Below, one piece after another: positions 29,424-38,104 of a stretch of 59,725 bases of DNA; position 1 is the stretch's first letter; the number at the start of each line of letters is the position of its first letter. A model generated the notes under the pieces. The model was not told the origin of the DNA and searched no databases. It was given only the letters and a program-made list of their open reading frames with translations. Source of the DNA: Acidobacteriota bacterium (GTDB lineage Bacteria; Acidobacteriota; Vicinamibacteria; Vicinamibacterales; CAVVIG01); contig JAHFUI010000003.1 of assembly GCA_023265175.1 (NCBI GenBank), forward strand, positions 1-59,725, in the 5' to 3' direction. The position numbers and the translations under genes are program-made.

Positions 29424-30099
29424 ACTGCTCTCTCCTGATTTCCCTGAGCACGCGCGCCGACTTGAGATCCTTCTCCAAGTGCATCGAGATGAGCGCGCGA
29501 TGCGCCGCCTCGATCTCGCGCAAGGCGCCGTTCGACACGGTCAGCCGTCCCAGCGTGAACGGACTGCACGTGCGCGCCGAGACCAGAAACGTCTTTGCGT
29601 CTGCCGAGATCCGGTCGTCGACCTCGTACACGCCCTGCAACCGGAGCAGCCAGTACTCGAAATAGCGCGCGAGGCGCTCGATCGGCACGCCCTCGGCGAT
29701 CGCCTCCACCATCGACGCGCCCAACCGGAACAGCGGCTCGTTCGGGTCGGCTTCCTGCGCCCATTCGTCGATCAGCTCGGCGAAATAGCCGACGTAGCCG
29801 AGCGCATCGCCATCGACCGCCGACATCGGGGATCGCGTCTGCTCGACGTAATCGACCCGGACCAGATCGCGCCGTTCGCGCTCGACGTACGTGATGCGGC
29901 CGCACGTGAGCGGCTCGAGCGCGCCACCGAAACGCCGCCGGCTCTGGCGCGCGTTCTTGGCCACACCGCGCTTCTTGCCGCGATCGCTCGTCAGAAAGAC
30001 GACGATGCGGTCGGACTCACCGAGCTTGTAGCAGCGGAGAATCAACGCGTCGGTGGTATACAGCGGCATGCGGAGGGCAGACTCATCACCGTACCACAT
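29419..30099 (-). CDS. recO: DNA repair protein RecO
   Basis: TDALILRCYKLGESDRIVVFLTSDRGKKRGVAKNAR is the RecO OB-fold block. The true start may be the second Met at 30069. Confidence 0.85.
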   Translation of the reverse strand: MWYGDESALRMPLYTTDALILRCYKLGESDRIVVFLTSDRGKKRGVAKNARQSRRRFGGALEPLTCGRITYVERERRDLVRVDYVEQTRSPMSAVDGDALGYVGYFAELIDEWAQEADPNEPLFRLGASMVEAIAEGVPIERLARYFEYWLLRLQGVYEVDDRISADAKTFLVSARTCSPFTLGRLTVSNGALREIEAAHRALISMHLEKDLKSARVLREIRREQC

Positions 30100-30187
30100 C
30101 TGGTCATTTGGTTATCTGGTTATCTGGTTATCTGGTCATTGATTGATCCAAATGACTAGATAACCAGATGACCAGATGTCCAAATTC
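30100..30187. repeat. octamer-array palindromic element, copy 2 (5 + 5 units)
   Basis: CTGGTCAT TTGGTTAT CTGGTTAT CTGGTTAT CTGGTCAT, loop TGATTGATCCAA, then ATGACTAG ATAACCAG ATGACCAG ATGTCCAA. It lies between the era stop and the recO ATG. Confidence 0.9.
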
Positions 30188-31094
30188 AGGAGTCGGTGCG
30201 GTTCATGCCGATCTCGCCCAGCACGCGCTCGTCCTCGCGCCACTCGGATTTCACGCGGACGTGGAGATCGAGAAACACCCGGGTCCCGAAGAATCGCTCG
30301 AGCTCTTCGCGCGCCGCCGTGCCGATCCGCTTGATCATCTCGCCGCCCTTGCCAATCACAATCGGTTTCTGGGATTCGCGGTCGACGACAATCGTGCAAT
30401 ACAGGCGCATGATGGGCGACTTGGCGTCAGGATCCTCGGATGCTTCTTCGAAACGATCGATGATGACGGCGCTCGAAAACGGAATCTCGGCGTGCGTGAA
30501 CTGGAGCAGCTTTTCACGGACGATCTCAGCCGCAAAGAACCGTTCGGGCTGATCGGTAAGGTAGTCGTCCGGGTACAACCGCTCGCCCTCGGGCAGCCGA
30601 TCGATGATGGCCCGCTCCAGGCGGTCCACGTTGTCGCCCGTCGCCGCCGAAATCGGCACGATCTCCGCGAAGTCGGCGAGCTTCGAGTACTCGTCCATCA
30701 TCGGCAGCAGCCGCGACTTCCGGATCAGATCGATCTTGTTGAGAATCAAAAAGACCGGCGCAGCGGCGTTCTTCACCAGATCGAGCATGAAGTCGTCGCC
30801 CTTGCCGCGACGCTCGCTCGCATCCACCACCAGGCCAAGCAGGTCGACTTCGCGAATGGTATCGACCGCCGTGTTGACCATCCGCACGTTCATCCTGTGC
30901 AACGGGCGGTGAATGCCGGGCGTATCGAGAAAGACCACCTGCGCGTCCGGATAATTGCGCACGCCAAGAATCCTCGTCCTCGTCGTCTGCGGCTTGTCCG
31001 AGACGATGGCCAGCTTCGTTCCGACAAGACGATTGAGCAGCGTCGACTTGCCAGCATTGGGCCGGCCGATGAGCGAAACGAAGCCAGACTTCAT
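30186..31094 (-). CDS. era: GTPase Era
   Basis: G1 GRPNAGKST, G3 DTPG, G4 NKID and a C-terminal KH domain. Confidence 0.95.
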   Translation of the reverse strand: MKSGFVSLIGRPNAGKSTLLNRLVGTKLAIVSDKPQTTRTRILGVRNYPDAQVVFLDTPGIHRPLHRMNVRMVNTAVDTIREVDLLGLVVDASERRGKGDDFMLDLVKNAAAPVFLILNKIDLIRKSRLLPMMDEYSKLADFAEIVPISAATGDNVDRLERAIIDRLPEGERLYPDDYLTDQPERFFAAEIVREKLLQFTHAEIPFSSAVIIDRFEEASEDPDAKSPIMRLYCTIVVDRESQKPIVIGKGGEMIKRIGTAAREELERFFGTRVFLDLHVRVKSEWREDERVLGEIGMNRTDS

Positions 31095-31118
31095 AGACAG
31101 CAGTGCACGTGTGACGTT

Positions 31119-32378
31119 TTACATTGACGGGCGTGTTTCCACATCCGACGCCTCCAGTCGAGCGATTCTCACTTTGTTCACACGCCGGCGCTCGGCGTCG
31201 AGGACCTCGACCGATAAGCCGTCGACGTCGAACCGCTCCCCGACCGCCGGCACGCGCCCCAGATGGGACATCAAATAGCCGCCAACGGTCTCAAAGCCGG
31301 CCCGCTCGATCTGGACGTTCAACCGCTGTACCACCTCGTCGATGTCGACTTTCCCGCTGAACACGAACCGGCCGTTGCCTTCGTCGACGATCCGCTCCGA
31401 CTCGACATCGTACTCGTCGCGGATCTCGCCGACGATCTCCTCGAGCAGATCTTCAATGGTCACGAGGCCGGCAGTGCCGCCGTACTCGTCGACCACGATG
31501 GCGCACTGCGTCTGCTGGCGCTGAAACTGCTTCAACAGCTCCGGCACGCGCTTGGTCTCTGGCACGACCACCGCCGGGCGCACGAAGGCTTTGAGCGGCC
31601 GGCCATCGTCGGCGGAATCCAGGAGGACGAGGTCTTTGATGAAGACGAAGCCGGCGATGTTGTCGAGGCTCTCTTTGTAGACCGGAAAGCGCGAGTACTC
31701 CTGCTCCCGAAAGAGCGCGCGCAAGTTGCCGATCGTCGCCGTCTCCGGAATCGCGACGATATCGGGACGCGGCGTCATGACCTCGCGGACGAGCGTGTCG
31801 CCGAAGTCCACGATGCTCTGCAGCAGCCGCCGTTCCTCGCCTTCGATGAGGCCTTCCTGTTCAGCCCCTTCGCTGTACGCCTTGGCGGCCTCGTTGGCAT
31901 CCTGCGCCTCTTCGTCCGGCGTCGGCGGCGTCCCCTGCTCCCGCTTCCTCGCGGCCACCTTCCGAGCGACAAACCGGGCGATCGGTCCGAACGCGTTCGC
32001 GAGCGGCGCAAAGGAAGGCAGCAGGAGCTCGAGCACGTGTTCGGGATCGCGGACGACAATCGCGATCGGCAACACCAGCTCGCAGATGATCACGAACGCC
32101 GCCACGCTGAACACGACCAGCGTGACCGTGTGCGCGCCCTCGATGCCGAATGCCCGCGCCAGCAACGCGGTGGCCGTCGCGGTCACGAGCCCGAGCAAGA
32201 AGCGAACGGGCACGAAGAGGAGCAGCGGATCGTCCAGATAGGCCCCCAGCGCGCCGGGGCGATCGCTGCGCTCGGCGATGAGTCGCAGCGACAGCCGCAT
32301 CAGCGCGCTGAACGCGGCCTCGATTGTCCCGAGGTACACGGCGGCGCAGGCGAGCAGAAAAATCGCGAGCGGGATCAT
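31119..32378 (-). CDS. hemolysin family protein (CNNM/DUF21 + CBS pair + CorC_HlyC)
   Basis: An N-terminal DUF21 TM region, the CBS block [14 protein letters not shown] and the C-terminal [12 protein letters not shown]...V fit. It occupies the ybeY-corC-like position. Confidence 0.85.
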   Translation of the reverse strand: MIPLAIFLLACAAVYLGTIEAAFSALMRLSLRLIAERSDRPGALGAYLDDPLLLFVPVRFLLGLVTATATALLARAFGIEGAHTVTLVVFSVAAFVIICELVLPIAIVVRDPEHVLELLLPSFAPLANAFGPIARFVARKVAARKREQGTPPTPDEEAQDANEAAKAYSEGAEQEGLIEGEERRLLQSIVDFGDTLVREVMTPRPDIVAIPETATIGNLRALFREQEYSRFPVYKESLDNIAGFVFIKDLVLLDSADDGRPLKAFVRPAVVVPETKRVPELLKQFQRQQTQCAIVVDEYGGTAGLVTIEDLLEEIVGEIRDEYDVESERIVDEGNGRFVFSGKVDIDEVVQRLNVQIERAGFETVGGYLMSHLGRVPAVGERFDVDGLSVEVLDAERRRVNKVRIARLEASDVETRPSM

Positions 32379-33064
32379 TTTTTACTCGCGCGGGGCCCCA
32401 CCCCCGCGCGCTGGCCGAGCTTCGCTTTCCCTCGGCCTCGAGCGTAGACTCTCGGCCTCGAGTGACTGTGAGCCGGCCCCACCCGCGCGCGCCGGCCGGG
32501 CTTCGCTCCCCCTCGGCCTCGAGCGTAGACTCTCGGCCCCGGGTGACTGTGATCCTTCGCTGCGGCCCGCTCGATCAAGCCTTCCCGCAGGCCGCCCTTG
32601 CGGCGCAGTCGCTGCTCGAGCCGTTGCATACGTCCGTGATCGCGCTCGTGATCGTAGCCAGCCAGATGGAGAAGACCATGTAGTGCCAGGACGCGAAGCT
32701 CGGTGCGCTCCGAATGGCCGGCCACGCGGGCCTGGCGCCTCGCTACGCCTCGCGCGATGACGATGTCTCCCAGAAAGAGGCTGGAGGCTGGGGACTTGGG
32801 ACCGGAGGACTCTCCTGCCGGGAATGACAACACATCGGTCGCGTAGTCGCGATGGCGGTAGCGACGATTGAGCGCGCGGATCCGCGCGTCGCTGATCATC
32901 GCGATACTCACCGTTCCGGCCACGCCGCCAGGCGCGACGCTCGCCAGCCAGCGCGCCAGGCCGGGCGCAGCCACCGCCCGTCCTCGCTCGTCGCCGACGA
33001 CCACTCGAAGCGCCACGGGGCCGCGTGGCCCGACACGCTCACGGCGTTGTCGTTCAGGATCCAT
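32375..33064 (-). CDS. ybeY: rRNA maturation RNase YbeY with an approximately 60-aa repeat-derived C-terminal extension
   Basis: The zinc motif ALHGLLHLAGYDHE is present. The ORF continues through two 81-nt tandem repeats and ends in an ATGA overlap with the next gene. Confidence 0.85.
   Translation of the reverse strand: MDPERQRRERVGPRGPVALRVVVGDERGRAVAAPGLARWLASVAPGGVAGTVSIAMISDARIRALNRRYRHRDYATDVLSFPAGESSGPKSPASSLFLGDIVIARGVARRQARVAGHSERTELRVLALHGLLHLAGYDHERDHGRMQRLEQRLRRKGGLREGLIERAAAKDHSHPGPRVYARGRGGAKPGRRARVGPAHSHSRPRVYARGRGKAKLGQRAGVGPRASKK
32392..32553. repeat. tandem 81-nt repeat x2 (GGGGCCCCACCC... family)
   Basis: Units 32392-32472 and 32473-32553 match at 71/81 positions by hand alignment without gaps. 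A related copy lies at 51375-51455. Confidence 0.85.
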
Positions 33065-33067
33065 GCG

Positions 33068-34045
33068 TCAGGACGACTGGGTCGAGGGACGGCCGGCCCC
33101 GTTGCCGTTCGAGAATGCCTCGTACGCCCTGACGATCTGCTGCACGAGCTTGTGGCGAACGACGTCACGCTCGTCGAAGAGGACGAAGGAGATGCCGTCG
33201 ATTCCGCCGACGACTTTCATCGCTTCGATGAGACCGGAGGTGCGGCCGCTCGGCAGGTCGATCTGCGTGATGTCGCCGGTGATGACCGCCTTGGTGCCGA
33301 ACCCGAGGCGCGTCAGGAACATCTTCATCTGCTCGGCCGTGGTGTTCTGCGCCTCGTCGAGGATCACGAACGAATCGTTGAGCGTGCGGCCGCGCATGAA
33401 CGCAATCGGCGCAATCTCAATCGTGCCGCGCTCGATGTAGCGCGCCACGCGTTCGGTGTCGAGCATGTCGTAGAGGGCGTCGTACAACGGCCGCAGGTAC
33501 GGGTTAACCTTTTCCTGCAGATCGCCCGGCAGAAATCCCAGCTTCTCCCCTGCTTCGACCGCCGGGCGCGCGAGAATGATGCGACTCACCTTCTTCGCCA
33601 CCAGAAACGAGACCGCTTGCGCCATCGCGAGATAGGTCTTCCCGGTTCCGGCCGGTCCGATCCCGAACACGATGTCGTTCTGCTCGATCGCGTCGAGGTA
33701 TTTGCGCTGCGTGACGGTCTTCGGCGCGACGCGGCGCTTGCCCGCCGACGTCAGGCTGCCTTTGAGAAAGTGATCGCGCAGATCGACCGACTCGTCCTGC
33801 GCGACCAGCTCGGACGCGGTTTTCACATCGGCGTTCGACAACTTGTAGCCGTCGCGCATCAGGGATGAGAGCTGCCCAACCACGCGATCGACGCGCTCGA
33901 GGGCGGGCGAGTCGCCGTCCACGAGCAGCTCGTGGCCTTGCGTGCGGATGCGGACGTTGAAGAGCGATTCGAGGTGCTTGAGGTTCTCGTCGTAGGAGCC
34001 GAACAGCGTTTCGATCCCCTCTTCGGGGACGGTGATGCGTTTCAT
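33068..34045 (-). CDS. phoH: PhoH family ATPase (YbeZ-like)
   Basis: Walker [17 protein letters not shown] and GDITQIDLP. Confidence 0.9.
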   Translation of the reverse strand: MKRITVPEEGIETLFGSYDENLKHLESLFNVRIRTQGHELLVDGDSPALERVDRVVGQLSSLMRDGYKLSNADVKTASELVAQDESVDLRDHFLKGSLTSAGKRRVAPKTVTQRKYLDAIEQNDIVFGIGPAGTGKTYLAMAQAVSFLVAKKVSRIILARPAVEAGEKLGFLPGDLQEKVNPYLRPLYDALYDMLDTERVARYIERGTIEIAPIAFMRGRTLNDSFVILDEAQNTTAEQMKMFLTRLGFGTKAVITGDITQIDLPSGRTSGLIEAMKVVGGIDGISFVLFDERDVVRHKLVQQIVRAYEAFSNGNGAGRPSTQSS

Positions 34046-34104
34046 TGAGGGGCGCGGCCGGTAACTCCTTTTATCTTGTTGTGTTACAAAGACTTAAGAC
34101 AACA

Positions 34105-34133
34105 ATTATAGCGCATCGCGCCCGAAGCGACAA
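34105..34133 (-). promoter_or_regulatory. sigma70-type promoter of the phoH-ybeY-CNNM-era-recO cluster (TTGTCG-17-TATAAT)
   Basis: The minus strand reads TTGTCG (34133-34128), the 17-nt spacer CTTCGGGCGCGATGCGC, then TATAAT (34110-34105). The approximately 53-nt leader carries a TTGTTGT...ACAACAA inverted repeat and AAGGAG. Confidence 0.6.
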
Positions 34134-34149
34134 GGGGCCGCGTCCGCAG

Positions 34150-34911
34150 TCAATGGCGCGCCGGCTCGGTTCGTTTGGGCGCGTCCACCAGCGCCCGGTA
34201 GACGAGGGTCGGGAACTTCTCCCGGATGTCGGTCGTGTTCGGCAGAAGCTGGATCATCAGGACGATGACCAGCCGCGCTTCGGGATCCACTCGATAGAGG
34301 GTGCCGTACGCTCCACCCCACCCGAACGCGCCGACTGAATCCATTCCGTTGGCGCCGTAGCGGTCCGTCGTCTCGAAGCCGAGCCCGAACCCGAGACCGG
34401 CGGCCGAGTGGAGCGAGCCCACCTGATTCGTGGTCATGAACGCGACGGTACGCGGCGCCAGAATGCGAACGGTTCCCAGCGCACCGCCATTGCGAATCAT
34501 TTCAAGGAAGCGCGAGTAGTCGCGTGCCGTCGACAACAGGCCCGCGCCGCCCGCAAAGCTTCGCTTCGGGCCGTCGACGTAGGCGCCTTGTCCCTTCGCG
34601 CCGTCCGGCGCACGGAGGATCCGCCCGTCGTTCCCGCTCGCGTACACCGCGGCCAATCGATCGCGCTGCTCGGCGGGCAGGAAGAATCTCGTGTCCGTCA
34701 TGCCCAGCGGGCCGGTGATGCGCGTGCGCACGAATTCATCGAGGGGCAACCCGGACGCCCGCTCGACCACGCAGCCCAGGATGTCGGTGTTGTAGCCGTA
34801 CACCCACGCGTCGCCGGGCTGGGCGACGAATGGCAGCGAGGCCAGGCGCCCCATCGTCTCGCAGATCGGCTCGTTCTTGTCGGCCGTGAACCATCCCAAA
34901 TGCCAGTATCC
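34150..34911 (-). pseudogene. 5'-truncated serine hydrolase (beta-lactamase/PBP4* family) remnant
   Basis: The C-terminal two-thirds is present (PGDAWVYGYNTDILGCVVE, PLGMTDTRFF, GGAGLLSTARDYSRFL). The SxxK-containing N-terminal ~130 aa are absent, an in-frame TGA lies at 34912-34914, and a TA module sits where the 5' part should be. Confidence 0.6.
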
Positions 34912-34985
34912 TCAATTCAGCGACGAATCGGCGGCCCTACCGAAGTCAGATCGCGTACCCGCCGACGCACCGCGCCTCGACCACG

Positions 34986-35348
34986 TCATCGTTGATCGTG
35001 CGTCACTCCAGGGGTGGGATGCATTCGATGTGCACCAACGTGCTCGACCTTGCCAGGACCGATGCCATTCAGCGTCTCAAGCATACCGTCCACGAGTGGG
35101 AGAAGATCCGGTACGCGGTTCGAACGAGCGCCGACCACGACGACGCCGAACGGAAGCACGGATAGGTCGTGCTCGTGTTCGAGCTTTCGATCCATGGTGA
35201 CGAACGCATCGATTCGGCCGCTCACGCGCCCCAGCAAGTCGCCATTCTTCGCGCCCGCCAAACCGAGGCCCTGCACGGTCAGCACATCGTGGCCCGACAG
35301 CTTCGCGATCAGGTCGTGTGGCAGGTTCTCGTCAAGCAGAACGCGCAC
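34986..35348 (-). CDS. DUF5615 family PIN-like putative toxin
   Basis: MRVLLDENLPHDLIAKLSGHDV...VTMDRKL is the typical DUF5615 pattern. It overlaps the DUF433 gene by 17 nt. Confidence 0.7.
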   Translation of the reverse strand: MRVLLDENLPHDLIAKLSGHDVLTVQGLGLAGAKNGDLLGRVSGRIDAFVTMDRKLEHEHDLSVLPFGVVVVGARSNRVPDLLPLVDGMLETLNGIGPGKVEHVGAHRMHPTPGVTHDQR

Positions 35349-35556
35349 TGGTCAGCAGCGTGTCGCGTGCGAGATCGAGCGCGGCAATAGCCTGGTCGCG
35401 TGTGACAGATGGAAACTGGCGGAGGAACTCGTCGAGGGTGTCGCCGCCCTCGATGTAGTCAAAAAGTGATTGGACCGGCACGCGCGTGCCAACGAACACA
35501 GGCGTACCGCTCAAGATCTCCGGGTCGCTGTGAACCACCGAGGACGTAGTGGGCAT
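35332..35556 (-). CDS. DUF433 domain-containing putative antitoxin
   Basis: DPEILSGTPVFVGTRVPVQSLFDYIEGGDTLDEFLRQFPSVTRDQAIAAL is a textbook DUF433 sequence. Confidence 0.75.
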   Translation of the reverse strand: MPTTSSVVHSDPEILSGTPVFVGTRVPVQSLFDYIEGGDTLDEFLRQFPSVTRDQAIAALDLARDTLLTSARSA

Positions 35557-35672
35557 GGGTAATCTTCCGCCGTCTTCGAGTATACCGCCACCCCACCCGC
35601 TGTCGTGTCACGGAACGCGGATCGTGACGTGGTGGTCGGCAGCCGGCGGGCACCCGGCGCCAGCGAGCGCTT

Positions 35673-36079
35673 TCATGACCTGCCCCGAGCATCACGCGCG
35701 AACACGACGACGGAGTAATCCTTGACGGTCTGGCCGCGCGCGTCGGTCACCATGCCGGAAAGCTCGCTCTGTTGTGTTGTGAGCTCAACCTCCAAGCCGG
35801 TGACATCCTGGTTGGGCCGGAAGTCGATACCGAAATCAGTGACGTCGACGCCGTTGAGGCGCACGGCCTTCAACGAGACGCCCGGCGCCTGCGGTCCGAG
35901 ACGAATCAACCGCTGACCGGGCTGGACTTTCATCTCAAACGTGAAATCGTCGTTCACCTTGTTCAGTCCGCCACCGCCCAAGGCCGCGGCGAGATCGGGC
36001 GCGGCGACGGCGCCACTTGCGCGAACGCCGACGAGGACAGCAACAGGAAAGCCACGAGATACGCAGGGAATCTCGCCAT
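35673..36079 (-). pseudogene. remnant secreted protein: intact RBS, ATG and signal peptide fused out of frame to a C-terminal Ig/carboxypeptidase-regulatory-like fragment
   Basis: GGAGG-N6-ATG at 36079 encodes MARFPAYLVAFLLLSSSAFAQ... and stops after 38 codons. The frame shifted by one continues as GGGGLNKVNDDFTFEMKVQPGQRLIRLGP... Confidence 0.5.
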
Positions 36080-36144
36080 CGCGACCTCCGCCCGGTATCC
36101 TACACCTTCATGCTGGTAACCGGCCCCTGCTACACTCCCCCGCC

Positions 36145-37230
36145 ATGTTCAGTGCCTCAACCGCTCGATTGTCGGTCGCCGTCTTTCTTCTGACCGCCGC
36201 TTCCTGGATGGCGTCCGCGCAGACGCCGGCCGGACCCGCCTTGAGAATCGAGAAGCTGGATCCCGCCCTGGACGAGATCGTCTCATCCGACGCGACGCTT
36301 GAAACGTTGGGCGATCGCTTCGCGCTCACCGAAGGGCCGGTGTGGATCCCCGAGGGGCCGGACGGGTATCTGCTCTTCAGCGACAACGCGGCAAACGTCA
36401 TTTACAAGTGGGCACGGAACAGACCGCTTTCCGTGTTCCTGGAAAAGAGCGGCTTTACAGGCACGGACACCTCCAACGCCGGCTCACAGACGATTGCCGG
36501 CCGGGTGGCGATCCTGCTCATCGGGTCGAATGGCCTCGCGCTGGATCCGCAAGGCCGGCTCGTCGTCACCGCCATGACCGATCGGACGGTGTATCGGCTG
36601 GAGAAAGACGGCACGCGCACGCTTCTCGCCGATCGCTACGACGGCAAACGCTTCAACGGGCCCAACGACATCGTCGTCAAGTCGAACGGCGCCGTGTACT
36701 TCACGGACAGCGTGTGGGGGATGCGAGGCGCGGACAAGAGTCCCGCGCGGGAGTTGCCGTTCAACGGGTTCTATCTCGTGAAGAACGGCCAGGTGACGCT
36801 GCTCGGCGGCGACCGCGATTCACCCGGCGCATCGCCCAACGGCATCACGCTGTCGCCGGACGAAAAGTACCTCTACGTGACAGCCGGATTCCAGCGCACC
36901 ATGCGTTATGAGATCCGTCCCGACGACACCGTCGCCAATGGCAAGCTGTTCGTCGCGCACGGCAGCGACGGCATGAGGGTCGATCGACACGGGAACCTGT
37001 ACACGACGAGCGGCGGAACTCCCGGCGTGATTCAGATTACGTCACCGGAGGGAAAGCCGCTCGGCCGACTTCACCTGCCGCAGCTGACCGGCGAACCCAG
37101 GCCGCGCGTCTGCGCCACGAACGTGGCGTTCGGCGACGCCGACAGTCGCGGGCTCTACATCACGGCGTGCACGCACCTCTTCAAGGTCAGAGTGAAGACG
37201 CCGGGAGTCCGTCCAGGCCAGAAGAACTGA
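36145..37230 (+). CDS. SMP-30/gluconolactonase/LRE family protein (secreted)
   Basis: Signal peptide MFSASTARLSVAVFLLTAASWMASAQ, then the blocks LTEGPVW, NGPNDIVV, PNGITLSPD and LYITA. Confidence 0.85.
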   Translation: MFSASTARLSVAVFLLTAASWMASAQTPAGPALRIEKLDPALDEIVSSDATLETLGDRFALTEGPVWIPEGPDGYLLFSDNAANVIYKWARNRPLSVFLEKSGFTGTDTSNAGSQTIAGRVAILLIGSNGLALDPQGRLVVTAMTDRTVYRLEKDGTRTLLADRYDGKRFNGPNDIVVKSNGAVYFTDSVWGMRGADKSPARELPFNGFYLVKNGQVTLLGGDRDSPGASPNGITLSPDEKYLYVTAGFQRTMRYEIRPDDTVANGKLFVAHGSDGMRVDRHGNLYTTSGGTPGVIQITSPEGKPLGRLHLPQLTGEPRPRVCATNVAFGDADSRGLYITACTHLFKVRVKTPGVRPGQKN

Positions 37231-37232
37231 CC

Positions 37233-37361
37233 TACTACGAGCTCGAGGACATCGACCAGATCCTTGAGGCGATGGAGCGCCGTCACGCCCGAGGCCAGCT
37301 TGAGCTCGGCCTGAAAGGCGGTGGGTTGAAACCCGGCACGTGGGCACTCAAACCGCCGAGG
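37233..37361 (-). pseudogene. C-terminal gene fragment (..ECPRAGFQPTAFQAELKLASGVTALHRLKDLVDVLEL), paralogous to the fragment at 44520-44615
   Basis: The KLASG..HRLKDL.DV.EL pattern recalls nucleotidyltransferase-fold/AbiEii-like C-termini, but this assignment is tentative. No start and no N-terminal part are present. Confidence 0.3.
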
Positions 37362-37373
37362 AATTGACGATAG

Positions 37374-37511
37374 GAGACATTCGGCACCGATTTCGGGTTC
37401 CCGATCCCCAGCAGCACGCCGGTCGACACGGTGTTGCAGGCGCCTGGTCTCACGGCCGATCAGCAGATCGCGATTCTCGGCGGGAACGCCGCGAAACTGT
37501 TGAAGCTCTGA
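37374..37511 (+). pseudogene. amidohydrolase-2 family C-terminal fragment (46 codons)
   Basis: ETFGTDFGFP...GLTADQQIAILGGNAAKLLKL* matches the family's C-terminal end (lfGSDfP ... il.gNA.rl). A TAG lies immediately upstream. Confidence 0.5.
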
Positions 37512-37538
37512 ACAGATCAATCCATCGTGCGCTGAAGC

Positions 37539-37901
37539 GTGTGCTTGATCAAGGGACCAGGCTCCGTGCTGTACGGGTCGAACGCCTTTTCCGCGGGCGA
37601 AGCGCTGTATGCCCAAGTTGACCACGAGCTGTTCGAAAACGTGAAGTTGATTGGTGGCCTTCAGGCGAACAAGATCGGGACGCTCGCCTTCAACGTCGTG
37701 CCGCGGGCGGGTGTGGTCTGGGATCCTGCCAGTCAATGGACCGTGAAGACTCTCTACAGCGAGGCGTTCAGGGCGCCCAGCATCAACGAGACCCTCATCG
37801 CCTACGGCCCGCCGCCGACGGTTCCGGGGCCCAGTCTGACCGGCAACCCCAACCTGTCTCCGGAGAAGGTGTCGACGATCGACGTCGGCTTGAGCGCCTG
37901 A
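37539..37901 (+). pseudogene. TonB-dependent receptor remnant with internal deletion
   Basis: The plug end IKGPGSVLYGSNAF is joined directly to late barrel blocks (YSEAFRAPSINE, LTGNPNLSPEKVSTIDVG). Only 120 aa remain of an expected 700 or more. Confidence 0.55.
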
Positions 37902-37971
37902 CCATCGCGATGGCGGGTGAAGCAGTGCGCGACTTCGCGAGAGACGTGGGGTTCGAGGGCTTCTCGAACCA

Positions 37972-38103
37972 TTCAGGGACAACAAGAACGTCCACGGGGA
38001 CGTGTCGCGCATGATCGAGCTCGGGCTGATCGAGCGCCGCGCTGACCAACGCGTCGTCGTCGGCTGGGACATTGTGACCGCAGAGATGCGCCTGGCTGTG
38101 TAG
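37972..38103 (+). pseudogene. winged-helix DNA-binding (antitoxin-like) C-terminal fragment
   Basis: FRDNKNVHGDVSRMIELGLIERRADQRVVVGWDIVTAEMRLAV* has no credible start or N-terminus. Confidence 0.35.
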
Positions 38104-38104
38104 G

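Noticed and set aside
37321-37345. A tRNA T-arm-like GGGTTGAAACCC, and the 43-nt direct repeat as attL/attR of an integrated element.
   Set aside because: No tRNA gene or integrase is present. The two copies also align at the protein level on the minus strand, so they are better explained as paralogous gene fragments. This is kept as a finding only in that form.
37155-38072. A 305-aa minus-strand ORF spanning the fragment cluster.
   Set aside because: Only its last ~45 codons (37233-37361) look protein-like. The rest is antisense to recognisable plus-strand remnants and is Arg/Pro-rich.
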